A stretch of DNA of 64,000 nt from an uncultured bacterium (lineage in GTDB: Bacteria > Verrucomicrobiota > Verrucomicrobiia > Verrucomicrobiales > DEV007): the NCBI GenBank assembly GCA_963977015.1, contig CAXBMO010000004.1, forward strand, positions 352,001 to 416,000, read 5' to 3'. Of the stretch, positions 49,332 through 58,210 are shown piece after piece; within the stretch, counting starts at the first letter, position 1, and each line of letters begins with the position of its first letter. The position numbers and the translations under genes are program-made. The notes under the pieces were generated by a model that saw only the letters and a list, made by a program, of their open reading frames with translations, did no database searches and was not told the DNA's origin.

Positions 49332-49604
49332 GTGGACTTCGAATACGATCCCGACAAGAGTCAATCCAACCAAGAAAAGCACGGGATTGATTTTGAAGAA
49401 GCACAACGTCTCTGGGTTGATGAAGACGGATTGGAAATTCCCGCTATTTGTGAAATTGAGCCAAGATTTGCTCGGTTTGCAATGCTTGATGGCAAGGTGT
49501 GGGCAGCGTTTTTCACGATGAGAGGAGAAACCATCCGAATCATATCCGTAAGACGAGCACGAACCAAAGAAGTTGAACTCTATGACAGCGGAACAATTGG
49601 ATAA
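49332..49604 (+). CDS. brnT: BrnT family toxin (DUF497)
   Basis: FEYDPDKSQSNQEKHGIDFEEA...IRIISVRRAR.KE. Confidence 0.92.
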   Translation: MDFEYDPDKSQSNQEKHGIDFEEAQRLWVDEDGLEIPAICEIEPRFARFAMLDGKVWAAFFTMRGETIRIISVRRARTKEVELYDSGTIG

Positions 49605-49860
49605 AATTTTCGATAAAGGCGAAGAGGATATTTTGCCTTACCTGGAATTGGCTAAAGCCGTGCGCCCCGGCCACAAATCAAAGAGAGTCAATGTTGATTT
49701 TCCCTCATGGATGATCGAAAGGCTTGATCGTGAGGCGAGTCGGTTAGGAGTTCCGCGCCAGTCCCTGATTAAAGTGTGGATCGCCGAAAGACTATCGGAC
49801 ACAGAATCGAAAAAGAAGCAGAACAAAAGCGTGGAGACAGACGTGGCTCCCGCAGCGTAG
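49582..49860 (+). CDS. brnA: BrnA/CopG-like RHH antitoxin
   Basis: KRVNVDFPSWMIERLDREASRLGVPRQSLIKVWIAERL; overlaps brnT. Confidence 0.9.
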   Translation: MTAEQLDKIFDKGEEDILPYLELAKAVRPGHKSKRVNVDFPSWMIERLDREASRLGVPRQSLIKVWIAERLSDTESKKKQNKSVETDVAPAA

Positions 49861-49866
49861 TTCTCA
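49818..49866 (+). other. Short attC-like site closing the BrnTA cassette
   Basis: R'' GCAGAAC complements the leading GTTCTGC; gcgtggag/ctcccgc pair; ends GTTCTCA. Only 49 bp, possibly deleted. Confidence 0.55.
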
Positions 49867-50098
49867 AAAAGAGAGAAAAGGGACGGGCCTTTTTTACGTA
49901 GAAAATCGCTTCATCCATAGATTTCGTATTTCCGGCTTGGGCCAGCTACGATCAATCCGGGGTGGCGGTGGGAACGTGGTCAATCAGGTCGACTACCGGT
50001 ACGATGATTGTTGGAAGTTGCGTTAGTTAGTGCGAAGAAGCGGAGCGGATCCTGAGCCACCAATCGCCATGCAATGCGTCTCATTCCTTTGGTCCGGC

Positions 50099-51652
50099 CT
50101 ACGGCAGCTTCAGGCACACCGCTTCACGATCGTTCCTCACGAGAAGATAGTTGCCGGCGAGGGCGGGGGCGTTCCAGGTTTTGCTGGTGAGGGGCGAGAT
50201 GCGGCCGAGTTCGGTGAATGCTTCGGGGTCGATTTGGACGAGGGCGACGTCGCCGGTTTCGGCTTGGATGAGGAGGTAGCGGTCCCCCACCCTGAGGTTC
50301 TGGCCGTAGCCGTATTTGGCGCCTTTCCAGACGCGTTTGCCGGTGGCGACATCCATGGCGATGAGCTTGCCTTCGTCCAACCCGTAGGCGTGGCCGTCGA
50401 CGACGATGGGGCTGCTGAATTTGGTTTTCATCTGGCTGGCGTCCCAGATGGATTCAACGGTCCAGGGGTCGCCGACGGTGAGTTGCAGCAGGTTGGTGGG
50501 CGTTCCGTAGCTGGCGGCGACGAGGACTTGATTCGGGCTGACCTGAATCGGCTGAGCCACTTTGGGAAACCCACCCGGCCAATCGAATCGCCAGAGTCGA
50601 TCGCCTGTTTCCGGATCGAAGCCACTGACATTGTCGCCAAGGATCGTGACGACCTGATCCTTGCCATCGAGATTGAGCAGAACCGGAGAACTGTAGCTGG
50701 CGGGGCCATCACCGGATTGCCAAACCGGTTTTCCTGTCTCCCGATCAAACGCGAGCACGGCGTTGGCTTCGTTTTCACCACCGGTGACGACGACGAGGTT
50801 TTCGAGCACGAGGGGCGAGGCGGATTTCCCCCATTCGACATTGGCAAGGCCTAGTTCCTCAAGAACAGGACGAGTCCAGAGAAGCTTGCCGTCTGAAAGA
50901 TGGAGGGCGTTGAGGATGCCGGTGGCGCCGAGCACGTAAACGACGCCGTCGCGAATCGTGGGAGTCGCGCGCGGACCGTCGCCGCCCATGGCTTCGCTGA
51001 ACCGGGCGGGGTCGGTGTGCGACCAGAGCAGTTGGCCGGTTTGGACGTGGTAACAGGTGACGAGTTCGTCCCCGCCGCGTTGTTCCTGAGTCACGGCGCG
51101 TTCGCCCACGACGGAAAACGCGGACCAGCCAAGGCCGATGGGGATGCGCCAGAGTTCTTCCGGCGGGTTGGTTTCCCAATCCGGGTTCAAGCCGGGATCG
51201 GGGACGAAACCATCCATGGCCGCGCCGAGGAAGGAGGGAAAGTCCGCCAGATCCGGGTCTCGGCTTTGAGCGAGGGAAGGAGACTCTGCGGGAACCGGCA
51301 GGGCTTCGAGGTTTTCGCCCGGTTTTTCCGTCCACTTCCAGGTGAAACTGGCGGGGAGTGCTCCGTTGGCGGAACCGTCGTAGCGCAAGGTCGTGGCGGC
51401 GAAGGCGATGAGCAGGGCAGTCCCGAATATCCCGGCGAGGAGCGACTTCCAGCGAAAGCGCCCCGCCAAAAAGACCCACCAGAGACCGACGAGCAACGCC
51501 GTGAGAATGAGCGTTGGATACACCAGGATGACGCGCATGTGGTGCTCGATGAGGAAGAGGGTGTTGAGAATCGCGGTCGAGGCGAAAATGAGGGTGAGCG
51601 GAATCCAAAATCGATAGTTTGGAGTCGGTGAGACGTTGGAGGAGGTGCTCAT
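50099..51652 (-). CDS. Membrane-anchored PQQ-like beta-propeller protein
   Basis: Three N-terminal TM segments; GDGPRATP, TGQLLW, SYSSP, FSSP, TWNAPAL repeats. Confidence 0.88.
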   Translation of the reverse strand: MSTSSNVSPTPNYRFWIPLTLIFASTAILNTLFLIEHHMRVILVYPTLILTALLVGLWWVFLAGRFRWKSLLAGIFGTALLIAFAATTLRYDGSANGALPASFTWKWTEKPGENLEALPVPAESPSLAQSRDPDLADFPSFLGAAMDGFVPDPGLNPDWETNPPEELWRIPIGLGWSAFSVVGERAVTQEQRGGDELVTCYHVQTGQLLWSHTDPARFSEAMGGDGPRATPTIRDGVVYVLGATGILNALHLSDGKLLWTRPVLEELGLANVEWGKSASPLVLENLVVVTGGENEANAVLAFDRETGKPVWQSGDGPASYSSPVLLNLDGKDQVVTILGDNVSGFDPETGDRLWRFDWPGGFPKVAQPIQVSPNQVLVAASYGTPTNLLQLTVGDPWTVESIWDASQMKTKFSSPIVVDGHAYGLDEGKLIAMDVATGKRVWKGAKYGYGQNLRVGDRYLLIQAETGDVALVQIDPEAFTELGRISPLTSKTWNAPALAGNYLLVRNDREAVCLKLP

Positions 51653-51784
51653 GAAGGGGAACTCGGGCTTAGAGCGCCGGTAACGTGGGGAAGTTACAGA
51701 GGCGAATCAATTTTGCCGACAAGTGGCAGTATCTCAGGAGTTACGAGTTGAATCCGGGCGAGGATCACTTCACTCTGTGGGAAC

Positions 51785-52771
51785 ATGCTTCTTCAAGTTT
51801 CCGGTCTGCAGACTTATTTCCATACCCGTGAGGGAACCGTGCGCGCGGTGGATGGGGTTTCGTTCAACCTGGACAAGGGGAAGACGATCGGGATTGTGGG
51901 GGAATCGGGATCGGGCAAGTCGGTTTGCTGTTACTCGCTGCTCGGGCTGATCCCGATGCCGCCGGGGAAGATCGAGGGCGGCGAGGCGATTTTTGACGGA
52001 CAGGATTTGTTGAAGATGGATGAGGAGGCGCTGCGGCAGGTGCGCGGGAACCGGATTTCGATGATTTTTCAGGACCCGATGACGTCGCTGAATCCGTATT
52101 TGAAGATTTCGACGCAGTTGATTGAGCCGCTCGTGCTGCACAATCCGGAGATTTCCAAGGAGGAAGCGCTGAAACGGGCGATTGACGAGCTGGCGGCGGT
52201 GGGGATTCCCGATCCCGAGAAGCGGATCCACAGCTATCCGCACGAGTTTTCCGGCGGGATGCGGCAGCGGGTGATGATTGCGATGGCGTTGATCGCGCGT
52301 CCCGAGGTGTTGATTGCGGACGAGCCGACCACGGCGCTGGATGTGACGGTGCAACGCCAGGTCATGGATTTGATTCGGGCGCGCCAGGAGGAGCTGGGAA
52401 CGGCGGTGATTTTCATCACGCACGACCTGGCGGTGGTGTCGGAGGTTTGCGACGAGGTTTACGTGATGTATGCGGGCCGGATCGTGGAATCGGCGTCAAC
52501 CCGCGAGCTGTTTTCGAACCCGAAACACGCGTATACCCGGTCGCTGCAACGCTCGATCCCGGCGATTCAGCCAAAGGGCGAGGATCTCTACACGATTCCG
52601 GGCATGCCGCCGAATCTGACCAAAGAGATCACCGGATGTGCGTTTGCTCCACGTTGCCGCACGAAAACGCGGGACCAATGCCTGACCGACCGGAAACCAG
52701 AGTTGATCGAGTGTGAGCCCGGTCATTGGGTTCAAAATTGTCCGGGATGTCTCGGCCCAATGGAAGATTAG
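51785..52771 (+). CDS. Oligo/dipeptide ABC transporter ATPase (OppD/DppD-like)
   Basis: GESGSGKS, FQDPMTSLNP, YPHEFSGGMRQR, DEPTTALDVTVQ, C-terminal Cys motif. Confidence 0.93.
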   Translation: MLLQVSGLQTYFHTREGTVRAVDGVSFNLDKGKTIGIVGESGSGKSVCCYSLLGLIPMPPGKIEGGEAIFDGQDLLKMDEEALRQVRGNRISMIFQDPMTSLNPYLKISTQLIEPLVLHNPEISKEEALKRAIDELAAVGIPDPEKRIHSYPHEFSGGMRQRVMIAMALIARPEVLIADEPTTALDVTVQRQVMDLIRARQEELGTAVIFITHDLAVVSEVCDEVYVMYAGRIVESASTRELFSNPKHAYTRSLQRSIPAIQPKGEDLYTIPGMPPNLTKEITGCAFAPRCRTKTRDQCLTDRKPELIECEPGHWVQNCPGCLGPMED

Positions 52772-52799
52772 GCACCCCCAACGAATCGAACTGCGAATC

Positions 52800-53594
52800 A
52801 TGGCTTACCTCGAACTGCGCGACCTCACCAAACACTTTGCCGTCCACAAGGGCTTCTTTGAACACAGCGAGGAGGTGGTGAAGGCGGTCGATGGCGTTTC
52901 CCTCCAAATCGAGAAGGGGCAGATTCTGGGCCTGGTCGGCGAAAGCGGCTGCGGCAAGACGACGCTCTCGCGAATGATCATGCAGCTGATCCCGCCGACG
53001 AGTGGGGAAATCATCCTGCGCGGAGAACGGCTCAACGAGTTGAAGGCCCGGTATGTGCGGGAGCGGCGGCCGGACTTTCAAATGATCTTCCAGGATCCCT
53101 ACGCGTCGCTCAATCCACGAATGACGGTGTATTCGACGATTGCCGAGGCCTTGCGGAACGGGAAACAGCTCAACGAGAGGGGGAAACGACGGATCGTCAG
53201 CGAGATTATGGAGCGCGTTGGGCTCGATCCGCGGTACATGCGCAAATACCCTCACGAGTTCTCAGGCGGTCAGCGGCAGCGAATCGCGATTGCGCGGGCC
53301 CTGGCTCCGGAACCGAAGCTCATCATCGCGGACGAGCCGGTCTCCGCGCTCGATGTCTCGATCCAGTCCCAGATTCTCAACCTGCTGCGCAAGCTCACCA
53401 GTGAGTTGGATTTGACGATGATGTTCATCTCCCACGATTTGGCGGTGGTGCGCTACATCGCAGATCAGATCGTGGTGATGCAGGAGGGCAAAATTGTGGA
53501 ACGAGGCGAAGCCGAAACCGTCTTTGACCATCCGAAACACAATTACACTCGCAAGTTGTTGGCAGCCATTCCCAAGATTACCGAATACACCTAG
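52800..53594 (+). CDS. Oligo/dipeptide ABC transporter ATPase (OppF/DppF-like)
   Basis: GESGCGKT, FQDPYASLNPR, YPHEFSGGQRQR, DEPVSALDVSIQ. Confidence 0.93.
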   Translation: MAYLELRDLTKHFAVHKGFFEHSEEVVKAVDGVSLQIEKGQILGLVGESGCGKTTLSRMIMQLIPPTSGEIILRGERLNELKARYVRERRPDFQMIFQDPYASLNPRMTVYSTIAEALRNGKQLNERGKRRIVSEIMERVGLDPRYMRKYPHEFSGGQRQRIAIARALAPEPKLIIADEPVSALDVSIQSQILNLLRKLTSELDLTMMFISHDLAVVRYIADQIVVMQEGKIVERGEAETVFDHPKHNYTRKLLAAIPKITEYT

Positions 53595-53655
53595 AGGCGG
53601 TGACCGAAGGAACTCAGTCATTCGCCCTCCGATTCGAACCCTGCGTCCTTATTTC

Positions 53656-54822
53656 ATGAACCCCGATCGACTCGCTCGACCTACCCGCCGTTGGAATCCC
53701 AAGTTATCACCCTTGATGGTCAGCATGCTGCACGGCGCCGCCCGGCAGCGGGCCCGGCGCGAAAGCGGCGTGGTCAAGTATGAGGTGCAGAATGCGGAGA
53801 TCGTAACCCAAGCCGTGAAGGCGGGGCACGGCGTCCTCATCACGCCAAACCACCCGACTCATGCCGATGCCTATGCGATGAGCGAGGCGGCCCGCGCCGC
53901 CAAAACGTCGTTCTACTTCATGGCCGCCTGGAATCTGTTCGAGCGGTCGTCGCCCCTGGCGCGATGGATCCTGCAAAAGAGCGGAGTGTTCAGCGTCGAT
54001 CGCGAAGGCACGGACCTCGCCGCGATCAAGATCGCCCGCGACATCATTCGGGAGAAGAAGCATCCGCTCGTCATTTTTCCGGAGGGCGAGGTGTATCACT
54101 GCAACCAGCGGGTGACGCCATTTCGGGAAGGCGCGGCCGCGATCGCCCTGTTTGCGGCGCGGAAAGCGAATCGCAAAACCGTCTGCATTCCCTGCGCCCT
54201 GAAGTACACCTATCTCGACGATCCAATGCCCAAGCTGGAGGCGCTGATGACGGAACTGGAGCGCGCGATCCATTGGCGTCCGCGGACCGAATCCGCCCTG
54301 GTCGATCGCATTTACCCCGTCGGCGCCGCGCTCCTGTCGCTGAAGGAGCTCGAGTATCTCGGCGAAGTCAGCAATGGTCCCCTGCCGGAACGAACCCGGT
54401 CTCTGGCGGGCTCCATTCTGTCCGATCAGGAAGAACGCTATGGCCTGAGTGCGGGAGATTCGACGATTCCCGAGCGGGTGAAGGCGCTCCGCCGTGCCGC
54501 GATCGTCAACCTGGAGAAAAACGGCCCCAGCGCGGTCATTGATCGCGATCTCGACGATTTGTTTGTCGCCGTGCAGCTCTTCAGCTACCCCGGCAACTAC
54601 GTGGTGGAAAATCCAACGATCGATCGCATTGCCGAGACGCTCGACAAGTTCGAGGAAGACGTCTTGATGCGGTATTCGCCAACGCCGCGCGGGAAACGCA
54701 AGGTCACCGTTCGGTTCGGCAAACCGATCGAAGCGCCCGCCGAACGGCGCAAAAGCAGCCCGGAACAACTCACCGACGAGTTGGAGCAGGCCGTTCAGGC
54801 CATGCTCGACGATATGGAGTAG
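53656..54822 (+). CDS. PlsC-like phospholipid acyltransferase
   Basis: NHPTHAD (HxxxxD), FSVDRE, IFPEGE. Confidence 0.88.
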   Translation: MNPDRLARPTRRWNPKLSPLMVSMLHGAARQRARRESGVVKYEVQNAEIVTQAVKAGHGVLITPNHPTHADAYAMSEAARAAKTSFYFMAAWNLFERSSPLARWILQKSGVFSVDREGTDLAAIKIARDIIREKKHPLVIFPEGEVYHCNQRVTPFREGAAAIALFAARKANRKTVCIPCALKYTYLDDPMPKLEALMTELERAIHWRPRTESALVDRIYPVGAALLSLKELEYLGEVSNGPLPERTRSLAGSILSDQEERYGLSAGDSTIPERVKALRRAAIVNLEKNGPSAVIDRDLDDLFVAVQLFSYPGNYVVENPTIDRIAETLDKFEEDVLMRYSPTPRGKRKVTVRFGKPIEAPAERRKSSPEQLTDELEQAVQAMLDDME

Positions 54823-54876
54823 GCGGAATTAGCGCGTGGCGTGGAGTCGGCGCGAAAATCAATCGCGACCGGCGCC

Positions 54877-55431
54877 TCAATCGCCCGCCATTCCACCATG
54901 GGCCCCGACGCCAAAGTCGCGTCGAGCGGTGGAGATGGTGATCGTAAATCCGCCAATCACATCAATCAGGGAAAGCAGCGTCACAATCAGGAAGGTCGAT
55001 GTTCCACACGCTTCCACGACGAGGAACTCGATCATGAAGGCGATGAAGACGAACATCGAGAGCACGTGCTCAACGATCGAGCTGACACTGGTGCGCGTCG
55101 ATTTAAAGAGCTCGATGTAAAGGATGAAGACGGCAAACAACAACAGGAAGTCGGCGACCACAGGCTCCCAAACGGCGCCGGAAATCAGCGGAATTCTGGC
55201 GATCGGCTGCGGACGTTTGGCCTCCTTCTGAACTGGTGGCGGAAAATCCTCAGCCGCGGCCACCTCCTCTGTCGTCACATTCCCATCTCCCGTCGCTTCT
55301 TCGGATACCACCGTGACGGCCTCGGGCTGGATGCGAGGCTCCAACAACAGATCCGGCTTCGTGAAAATGATGATGTTGTAAAGAATCAGAACGAAGACGA
55401 ACAGGGGGCAACGGAGCAAAAATTTCATCAT
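54877..55431 (-). CDS. Four-TM hypothetical membrane protein
   Basis: Hydrophobic helices; ELFKSTRT, HVLSMFVF, DVIGGFTITISTARRDF. Confidence 0.8.
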   Translation of the reverse strand: MMKFLLRCPLFVFVLILYNIIIFTKPDLLLEPRIQPEAVTVVSEEATGDGNVTTEEVAAAEDFPPPVQKEAKRPQPIARIPLISGAVWEPVVADFLLLFAVFILYIELFKSTRTSVSSIVEHVLSMFVFIAFMIEFLVVEACGTSTFLIVTLLSLIDVIGGFTITISTARRDFGVGAHGGMAGD

Positions 55432-55557
55432 GGCCGAAGTGGTGTGTTTTTTGGGTTCACAAATGGAGAAGCGGACGTTGGACGCTCGATGCGCCCGTAA
55501 TCTTCGCAACCACGGTCTGTAACAAGGTCGATGAAGAGAATCAAGGCTAATTCCGCG

Positions 55558-56226
55558 TCAACTTTGTAGCTGCGAATCCAAAAAGGTAAGCATGTCGCCC
55601 GGGCGCTCCAGCAAAAGATCGGCCCCGTGTTCCACCAGTTCCTCCCTTTGCCGAAAACCCCAAAGGACCCCGACCGCGTGCAGCTTCGCCCCTTTCGCCG
55701 TTTTCATGTCCGTATCGGTATCCCCCAGATAAAGAACGTTTTCCGGAGAAACCTTCATCGTTTCCAGGATCTGGATCGCCCCCGCCGGATCCGGCTTCTT
55801 GGGAACTCCCTCGCGCATTCCAAACACAATCTCCCACGGCCAGTTGCCGACAAATTCCTCGATACATTGCTGCGTAAAGTCGTGCGGCTTGTTGGAGAGC
55901 ACCGCGAGGCGAATCCCGCGTTCCACCATGCCATCCAGCATCTCCGGAATGCCGGCATAGGGCTTGGTCTTCGCGTTCCAACGCCGCTGATAGGCCTCAC
56001 GATACACCTTCATGCAACGTTCGATCGTTTCCTCCGACTTCGCCTCAGGCGGCAAAATCCGTTCCATCAACACACGCACACCGTCCCCGACAAACGTGCG
56101 ATACCCGTCCACCGGATGGGTCGGAAAACCCTGCGATTCCAACATCTCATTCCCCGAATCCGCCAGATCGTCCAGGGTATCGAGTAACGTGCCGTCGAGA
56201 TCGAAAATTGCTGCGTCAAAGGCCAT
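55558..56226 (-). CDS. HAD-family hydrolase (phosphoglycolate phosphatase-like)
   Basis: FDLDGTL, LSNK, KKPDP, LGDTDTD, VLWGFR. Confidence 0.92.
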   Translation of the reverse strand: MAFDAAIFDLDGTLLDTLDDLADSGNEMLESQGFPTHPVDGYRTFVGDGVRVLMERILPPEAKSEETIERCMKVYREAYQRRWNAKTKPYAGIPEMLDGMVERGIRLAVLSNKPHDFTQQCIEEFVGNWPWEIVFGMREGVPKKPDPAGAIQILETMKVSPENVLYLGDTDTDMKTAKGAKLHAVGVLWGFRQREELVEHGADLLLERPGDMLTFLDSQLQS

Positions 56227-56340
56227 GGCGGATGCTTCGAGCCAAGTCGCTCATGAAGCGAACGAAAAAATTGGCAATAGCGATACTATCAGACTCGCAG
56301 CAACCCTTGCGATTGAAAGGATTCGGCATAATCTTTCAAC

Positions 56341-56526
56341 ATGTCCGACCGAGATGTCGCAATAAGCGCAATTCAGCGCCTCCCAAACGAAGTAACCCTT
56401 GAAGACGTCAGTGACGAGATCGCACTGATCGCGGCCTTGCGTGAGGGAGTTCGTCAGGCCGACGCTGGCGAGAAAAAGAGCCACGACGAAGTGAAGCAGT
56501 TGCTTAATTCATGGCTTTCCAAATAG
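56341..56526 (+). CDS. Putative antitoxin
   Basis: 61 aa; AIQRLPNEVTLEDV...REGVRQADAGEKKSHDEVK..SW; overlaps the toxin gene. Confidence 0.8.
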   Translation: MSDRDVAISAIQRLPNEVTLEDVSDEIALIAALREGVRQADAGEKKSHDEVKQLLNSWLSK

Positions 56527-56813
56527 ATTGGACCGACGCTGCGATTGCAGATCTTGGTGAGATCGTATCGTTTATCTCTCGCGATGATCCGGTTGCTGCC
56601 CAACAGGTAGGTGAAGATATTTTGCATTCCGTGGAGCTGCTCCAGGATTTCCCCCATTTGGGCCCCACCTTTCCCCGAAGAGGGAAAACGAACGTTAGGG
56701 AAATCGTTGCCCGCCGAGCTTACCGTATTTTCTACCGCGTTTTGGAAGAAGAAAGTCTCGTTGAAGTTCTCCGGGTTTGGCACACGTCGCGCGATGAGCC
56801 GCCACTAACTTGA
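56511..56813 (+). CDS. RelE/ParE family toxin
   Basis: IDWTDAAIADLGEI..FI..D.P.AA...L.DFPHLG...YRIFYRV...VEVLRVWHTSR. Confidence 0.9.
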   Translation: MAFQIDWTDAAIADLGEIVSFISRDDPVAAQQVGEDILHSVELLQDFPHLGPTFPRRGKTNVREIVARRAYRIFYRVLEEESLVEVLRVWHTSRDEPPLT

Positions 56814-57997
56814 CGCCAACACCCCTTGTGAAACCCGTTGTAGCCAGCTATTGCGCCACATTTCTCGCCCCCGAGATGCTCCACGTCTATCGGCAAATCA
56901 CCGGTCTGCAGGCGTTCCTGCCTCACGTCATCACCCAGAAGTGGATTCACGGCGACAAGTTCCCCATGCCGGTCGATCACGTCAGCCTCGTGCGCAAATC
57001 CCGCGCCCGGGCATGGCGCAAGTTCTGGTACAAGCAACTTCTCGATCGCCCCATTCTCCTTTCCGCGCGCCAGACCGAGGCGATTCTCCGCGAAATTGAT
57101 CGGGCCGAGGCGCAGCTGCTTCACATCTATTTTGGCCACATCGGCGTTCAGCTGCTTCCCGTGCTGCGGCGACTCGAGATTCCGGCGGTCGTTTCGTTTC
57201 ACGGGGCGGATGCGGGCGTGGATGCGAAAAAAGCCTGGCATCAGGACAGCCTGGAAGAAGTGTTTCAGCGTTCGAAGCGGATTCTGGTTCGGTCCCGATC
57301 TCTGGGCGAGGAACTGAAGTCGATCGGTTGTCCGGCCGAAAAAATCGTCCTCAACCGCACCGGGATCCCGATGACGGAATGGGGATTCATCGAACGAATC
57401 CCGCCCCTCAACGATCAATGGCAACTCTTCCAGGCCTGCCGATTGATCGAGAAGAAAGGGCTCGACCTCTCAATTCGCGCGTTGGCGCGAGTCTGCGAAC
57501 GGTTTCCGAAATCCCAGCTTCGCATCGCCGGCGAAGGACCGCTCAAGCAAGCAACCCAGGAGTTGGCGGATCAATTGGGCGTTGGCGACCGGGTCGAGTT
57601 TCTCGGTTTCCTCAATCAGGAAGAGCTGAGGGAGGAAGTCGCCCGGGCGCACGTCTTTCTCCATCCCAGCCGCATCGGCTCGGACGGCAATCAGGAAGGC
57701 GTTCCCAACTCCATGCTCGAAGCGATGGCGACCGGACTTCCCGTCGTCGCGACCCGTCACGGCGGCATTCCGGAAGCGATTGAGGAGGAAAAAAGCGGGC
57801 TTCTCGTCGACGAAGAAGATTGGGAAGGGCTGAGCGGACACATCCTGCGCCTGATCCAAGACCCCGCCTTCTATCGACAGATCGCGGTAACCGCGCGCGA
57901 GGGCGTCGAAGCCCAATTCAGCCAAGCCGCCCAGATCCAGATTCTCGAGCAAACCTATCAGAGCGTCATCGCCGAATCGTCGATGCTCGAATCCTGA
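56810..57997 (+). CDS. GT4 glycosyltransferase (WcaL-like)
   Basis: SFHGAD, RLIEKKG, EGVPNSMLEAMATGLPVVATRHGGIPE; true start may be the GTG at 56828. Confidence 0.9.
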   Translation: MTPTPLVKPVVASYCATFLAPEMLHVYRQITGLQAFLPHVITQKWIHGDKFPMPVDHVSLVRKSRARAWRKFWYKQLLDRPILLSARQTEAILREIDRAEAQLLHIYFGHIGVQLLPVLRRLEIPAVVSFHGADAGVDAKKAWHQDSLEEVFQRSKRILVRSRSLGEELKSIGCPAEKIVLNRTGIPMTEWGFIERIPPLNDQWQLFQACRLIEKKGLDLSIRALARVCERFPKSQLRIAGEGPLKQATQELADQLGVGDRVEFLGFLNQEELREEVARAHVFLHPSRIGSDGNQEGVPNSMLEAMATGLPVVATRHGGIPEAIEEEKSGLLVDEEDWEGLSGHILRLIQDPAFYRQIAVTAREGVEAQFSQAAQIQILEQTYQSVIAESSMLES

Positions 57998-58017
57998 CGC
58001 GATTTTCGCGACGATGA

Positions 58018-58120
58018 GGAACCACAGATTGGCGCCGATGAACGCAGATACTTGCGAACAAGAAGTGCTCTTTGTTCGATCGCAAATCATCTGCGCAGAT
58101 CTGCGTAAATCTGCGGTTCC
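58018..58120. repeat. Intergenic palindromic element with ~10-bp subrepeats
   Basis: GGAACCACAGAT..CCGAT..CGCAGAT mirrored by ATCTGCG..ATCTGCG..ATCTGCGGTTCC; inner gcgaacaa/ttgttcg pair. Confidence 0.7.
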
Positions 58121-58210
58121 CCTCCGTTCGAGAGAAACCGCTCGCCAATCGCGTGGTTTGTATCCTAGAGTGACCGATTCACGAGAAGAATCGCCTTACC
58201 CACCAGGCTC

